Made by a program: the position numbers and the translations under genes. 64,000 bases of DNA from Ostrea edulis (lineage: Eukaryota): the NCBI RefSeq assembly GCF_947568905.1, contig NC_079168.1:80414001-80478000 (forward strand), in the 5' to 3' direction. The notes beneath the pieces were generated by a model that saw nothing but the letters and a program-made list of their open reading frames with translations, made no database searches and had not been told where the DNA came from. Positions 59,178-64,000 of the stretch are shown in pieces. Every line of letters begins with the position of its first letter. The stretch's first letter is position 1.

Positions 59178-60109
59178 GCATGGGGCCTATATCCTCTCTG
59201 ATGTTAAGACCTATCTCGTTACTGGTCTATTCAATAATCTTACGAGATTTTGACAATTTATGAAATTGCTTTGTTGCAATTGAGAATTGCATTATAAGTA
59301 TATATTACAGATACTTTGTTTATTCAGACACATTAAAAATACATAAAAAATTTACCAGTGAAATGATCATGTATTTTAAAGGTATAGGATTAAGCCGATA
59401 CATTTAAGAAATAATTTTCGATTCTGAAATGCTCTTCATACCCTCGTGTATTTTCAACAAGCGCTCCATGGGCCACATCGCTCACATGAATCATCTTGGC
59501 CCTGTTGTTCAGTTACTGAGATTTTTTGCAATCTTTATTCCCATGGAAAAAATTTGATCCTATATTGTGGTTCCAACAAAGTCCCATAGGGTCATCACAT
59601 AACCATGATACAAGGCCACAAGGTAAAACAAAATATGGTATGAAATGAAATGAAAGGTCTTTCCATAAGGAATCAATATACAACTCATAAAATCCCTATC
59701 TTAAACAGATCAGAAGAAATTGCCCAAGTTATCTATTTTTAAAAGTCAGTCAAAATCCAAGGTCATCAAAGGTCAAGGTCAAAATCGTTGATACCAAATG
59801 AAAGGTCTTGTCACAAGGAATATACATATACGAAACATGAGAGCTCTATCACAACTCGCCATTCAAAAGTTATGAGCAAGTTTCAGACAGACAGGACAAA
59901 AACAATACCCCCCAGTCTTTAGTCACGGGGGCATACTCAAAACTTGAATCCACAGAGCTTAGGAACATTTGAATTTTGATATGGTATAGTGTGATCCTGC
60001 TAATCTTGAAAAGAATTGTTTTTTAAAATATATATTCCCTATAGATTTTCATATAAACTTTGATCTCCTTTTATGACTCCACCTTACATTGTACCTCTGG
60101 GGCCCCTGA

Positions 60110-60629
60110 ATACGCAAGTTCCGAGTTACCCAAAAGTTATTTCCCTTTGTCGAACTCTTTCACATTTTATGACGTATGGTGGGTACACAATGTATACATT
60201 ATATCGTAGACTGGCATTGTACATAACGATTACGTACGATTAATGTAATAAAAGCGTAACTTTTGTTTATATCAATCACTGGTATGCATATTCTGGCCAT
60301 ATCAAGCATAATCTGTTTGAATAAGATCATCAAATTGGCTATTGAATCATTATTCGTTTCCTCTTCTACATGAGTGACGTTTTTATCAAAGAAAGATGGC
60401 AATTAACAATATTTGTTTGAGCCATTTTGTTATCCAATACTCATAAACTCACTAAAGTTGCCTTTTCCCTGAGATAGGATGGTCTCAGAAACTCTGGATA
60501 TCATCTTTTAAGAAATAATACAACGATAGTAATTAGCAACTGTACCCACTGTCATCATATATTACGTCATAATTTACGGAAGAGTTCGACAAAGGGAAAT
60601 AACTCTTGGGGAACTCGGAACTTACGTAT
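60110..60629. mobile_element. 520-bp MITE with ~50-bp TIRs nested in the HINE
   Basis: AATACGCAAGTTCCGAGTTACCCAAAAGTTATTTCCCTTTGTCGAACTCTT versus the reverse complement of 60580-60630 shows 3 mismatches. The TSD is ambiguous (TGA possible). Confidence 0.85.
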
Positions 60630-61120
60630 TGAACAAAACCCCTTGAATTTGCACTACCGGAAGATCCTTACATATAAATATGACTAAATCATATCCCTGC
60701 TATTCTTGAGAAAAATATTTCCGAAGATGCTTCCCTATATATTCCCATGTAAAACTTTGGTTCCCTATTGTGGCCCCATCCTACCCTCTGATGGTCGTGA
60801 TTTGAACAAACTTCAATGTACACTACCTGGGGATGTTTGCATACTAATACGAGTATTCATGGCTCTGTTATTACTGAGAATATGTTTCCCTATATATTCC
60901 CAAGTAAAACGTTGATCCCCTAATGTGGCCTCATCCTATCCACAGGGACCACAATTTGAACAAATTTGAATCTGGACCTGGGTATGGTTATTATTTGAAC
61001 AAACTTCAATCTGCACTACCTGGGCATGTTTGCTTATTAATATGAGTATTCATGGTCCTGTTGTTCTTGAGAAGATTTTTCTCATGTATTCCCATGTACA
61101 ACTTTGATGCCCCACCCTTA

Positions 61121-61778
61121 TGGAGCGCCAAATCAACAAAAACTCAAATAATTGAAGATATCATCAATTCATTTGATGTGCGCAACAATTTAATTAGAGA
61201 TCTCTTCAAATGATTAATGATATCTTCAATTCTGAATTATTGCGCGCATTAATTGAGTTGATGATATCATTAATTCTTCAGCTGAATTGATGCGCGCTTT
61301 AATTGAATTAATGATCTCTTCAAATGAATTAATGATAATTATCTCTAATTCATTTGAAGAGAGCAGTAATTCTTTTAGAGAGAGCAACTATATAATTAAA
61401 GATATCTTCGATTCAACATATCCACAATTGAATTAATGATCTCTTTAATTGAATTGTTGCTCTCTTTAAAAGAATTGATGCACGCATTAATTCCTTATAC
61501 AAAAGCATTGTAAATAATTAAAGATATTTTCAATTGAATTAAAGAGATCATCAAATTATTTATACCAAGCTCTAAATTAATTATTGCGAGCAATATTTCT
61601 ACGAAAATGATGCTCTCATCAATTGAATTGAAGAGAGCAATAATTGAATTAATGCGCGCATCAAATCTATTATTACTCTCATTTATTCAATTGATGCTCT
61701 CATTAATTGAATTGAAGAGAGCAATAATTGAATTGATGATATCTTCAATTATTGAGTTTATGTTAATTTGGCGCTCCA
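61121..61778 (+). mobile_element. 658-bp TA-TSD MITE with ~50-bp TIRs and low-complexity AATTGAATT interior
   Basis: TA|TGGAGCGCCAAATCAACAAAAACTCAAATAATTGAAGATATCATCAATTC ... GAATTGATGATATCTTCAATTATTGAGTTTATGTTAATTTGGCGCTCCA|TA. Confidence 0.9.
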
Positions 61779-61974
61779 TACACCCTACCGCCGGGAAACA
61801 TGATTTGTATCTGTGTTATTTGGGAATGCTTGCATATTAATATGAGTAATCATGGACCTGCTGTTCTTGAGAAGATTTTTAAAGATTTATCCATAATAAT
61901 CCCCTTCAAAATTTTGATCCCATTTTGTGGCCCCTGGGTGCCATGATTTGAACAAACTTCCTGGTGATGATTGC

Positions 61975-62316
61975 ATATCAATATGAGTATTCATAGCCCT
62001 GCTACATATCAATATGAGTATTCATAGCCCTGCTACATATCAATATGAGTATTCATAGTCCTGCTACATATCAATATGAGTATTCATAGCCCTGCTACTA
62101 CATTTCAATATGAGTATTCATAGCCCTGCTACATATCAATGTGAGTATTCATAGCCCTGCTACATTTCAATATGAGTATTCATAGCCCTGCTACATATCA
62201 ATATGAGTATTCATAGCCCTGCTACATATCAATATGAGTATTCATAGCCCTGCTACATATCAATATGAGTATTCATAGCCCTGCTACATATCAATATGAG
62301 TATTCATAGCCCTGTT
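61975..62316. repeat. 31-bp minisatellite (about 11 copies) expanded from a HINE monomer segment
   Basis: Unit CATATCAATATGAGTATTCATAGCCCTGCTA. The parent motif ATATTAATATGAGTA(T/A)TCATGG occurs in the neighbouring monomers (61036, 61835). Confidence 0.95.
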
Positions 62317-63589
62317 ACAAGAAAAAAACCCTGTATATTCCAATAGATGTAAAATATTGATCCCCTATGTTGGTCTAGCCCTACCCCCAGGGACCACATT
62401 TTGAACAAAGTCAGTTGAATTTGCATTATAATGGGAATGTTTGCATATTTATATCATTAACAATGGTCTTGTTCTTGAGAAGATGTCTAAAGATTTATCC
62501 TATATATCACCATGGGAACCCATGGTTCATCTATTGTTGCCCCACACTACCCCCGGGGACCATGATTTGAAGAAATTTGAATCTGCGCCATGTCAGGATG
62601 CATTCATTGATATTTCAAATTTTCTGGCCTAGTGGTTTTTTAAATGCCCCCCCCCCCCCCGTATTTTTGCCTTTTCTTGATTATTTTGGAGGGAGCATGG
62701 TCCTTCATGTGAATAAACTTGAATCCCTTCACCCAAGGATGATTTGTCATTTGTGCCAAGTTTGATTGAAATTGCTCTAGTGGTTCTTGAGAAGGTTTTT
62801 ATGACATGCCACAAATTTTTATTAATTCTTAATTATCTCCACTTCAAAAAGGGCATGGTACTGCATTTGAACAACTTGAATTTCTTTCGCCTTCACCCAA
62901 GCATGCTTTGTGACAAGTTTAGCTGAATTTGCTCTGCGGTTTTGGAGAAGTCGAAAATGTCGAATGTTTACGGACAGACGGACGCCAGACAAAAAGTGAT
63001 CAGAATACCTCACTTGAGTTTTCAGCTCATGTGAACTAAAAATAAAATTTGATATACTAATTTTATTCTAAAGAAACTTTGGATATATTGATGTTACCCT
63101 GATCCGTCCGTCTGTCACACTTTCTTCTTCCTTTCGTTTTTTTTTTTTCAAGCAGTAACCGACTAATCTTTTGGAACATGATAAATGGTATCCTGTAGAT
63201 GTGCAATAAGGTTTTGGAATTTTTAATTTTACCCTGAGGGCCAAAATAAATGGGGGTTAAAATGATGTTTGATTCCCAGAATCCTCCCTTACATTTTACG
63301 AGGTAATCAAATCATCTTTTGTAAGATGATTGGTGGTGTCCTTTAAATGTGCAATAAGTTTTCAGAATTTTTCTTTTTCACTTTGAGGGGCAAATGGGGT
63401 GGGAAAATGACGAACAAAAACTTAGTGCTCAATGCATTGTGCAACAAGAATATATTTGTGGTGGTAGTAGGGACTTTTTTAAAAACAAAAATTTCCCCTC
63501 CACAACTCCTTTTAAAACATCAGTTATTATCTATAAGTTACGAATTTATTCTTTATGAAATACTAACACAGGAGGCTAGGTTGCATTAA

Positions 63590-64000
63590 GGTAGCTCACT
63601 ACACTAAAATTTTAATTAATGGGTCGTTAAAACACCTCTTGTGAAGTATGATTTCACCATCGAAAGAGTGACACAAGCTCTCAATTATTTATATGAATTT
63701 TTTTTGGTGATTTATCCCGGAATGATAAACAAGTTGAATTGTTTGCAAATAAGATACCTCAGAATTTCGCTGCGATTTGATGTATAATATGAATATCTAA
63801 GAAAACATGCATGAACAACTCAGATAAACGTTTTAATTTTTTAGATAAATTTTTTTATAAAAATTGAAAACGTTATTTGTTAATATTTTTTTTTTTAAAT
63901 CTACAGATAAAATCTTCAAAAACATGTCCATTAGATATAGGATATATCAGAGAAATACAAAATGTATATTTCAAACAGAAATTGAAATGATATGGTCAAA
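63590..64000. mobile_element. Probable left end of a Kolobok-like element running off the window
   Basis: TTAA|GGTAGCTCACTACAC start, of the same TTAA|RG type as the other elements. The partner end is not in the window. Confidence 0.35.

Larger units (their letters stand above)
59456..63042 (-). mobile_element. 3.6-kb minus-strand HINE-type element with nested insertions
   Basis: The left end AACAAGCGCTCCATGGGCCACATCGCTCAC and the right end CACTTGAGTTTTCAGCTCATGTGAACTAAAAA are the reverse complements of the family ends seen at 4466-5306. Confidence 0.8.

Overview
Eukaryotic, AT-rich, repeat-dense genomic DNA, most likely from an oyster (Ostreidae). The taxon is inferred from the repeat families and the protein sequence. 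The main feature is one complete + strand hypoxia-inducible factor alpha gene (HIF-alpha/HIF1A). I assembled it by hand from 15 GT-AG coding exons with consistent phases (16631-55209; 2079 nt; 692 aa). The protein has a bHLH, PAS-A, PAS-B/PAC, an N-ODD motif (LTHLAP, P399), a C-ODD motif ([11 protein letters not shown]500) and a divergent C-TAD. The window start holds the last coding exon of an unidentified upstream + strand gene. The rest is Helitron/Helentron-type non-autonomous elements with internal tandem arrays, TIR MITEs (TTAA, TA, 5-bp and 9-bp TSDs), Penelope-like RT fragments and many minisatellites. The most interesting signals all concern HIF-alpha isoforms and regulation. (1) There are four candidate first exons, all ending in phase 2. 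(2) The FIH-target Asn of the C-TAD appears to be replaced by Gln. (3) A candidate alternative terminal exon would remove C-ODD and C-TAD. (4) Minisatellites seeded at exon edges have multiplied splice donors, in frame after exon 2 and C-TAD-deleting after exon 14. (5) Duplicated XRE/HRE cores lie upstream of candidate promoters. All non-canonical isoforms are predictions from sequence only. No prokaryotic system, CRISPR array, rRNA or intact tRNA was found.
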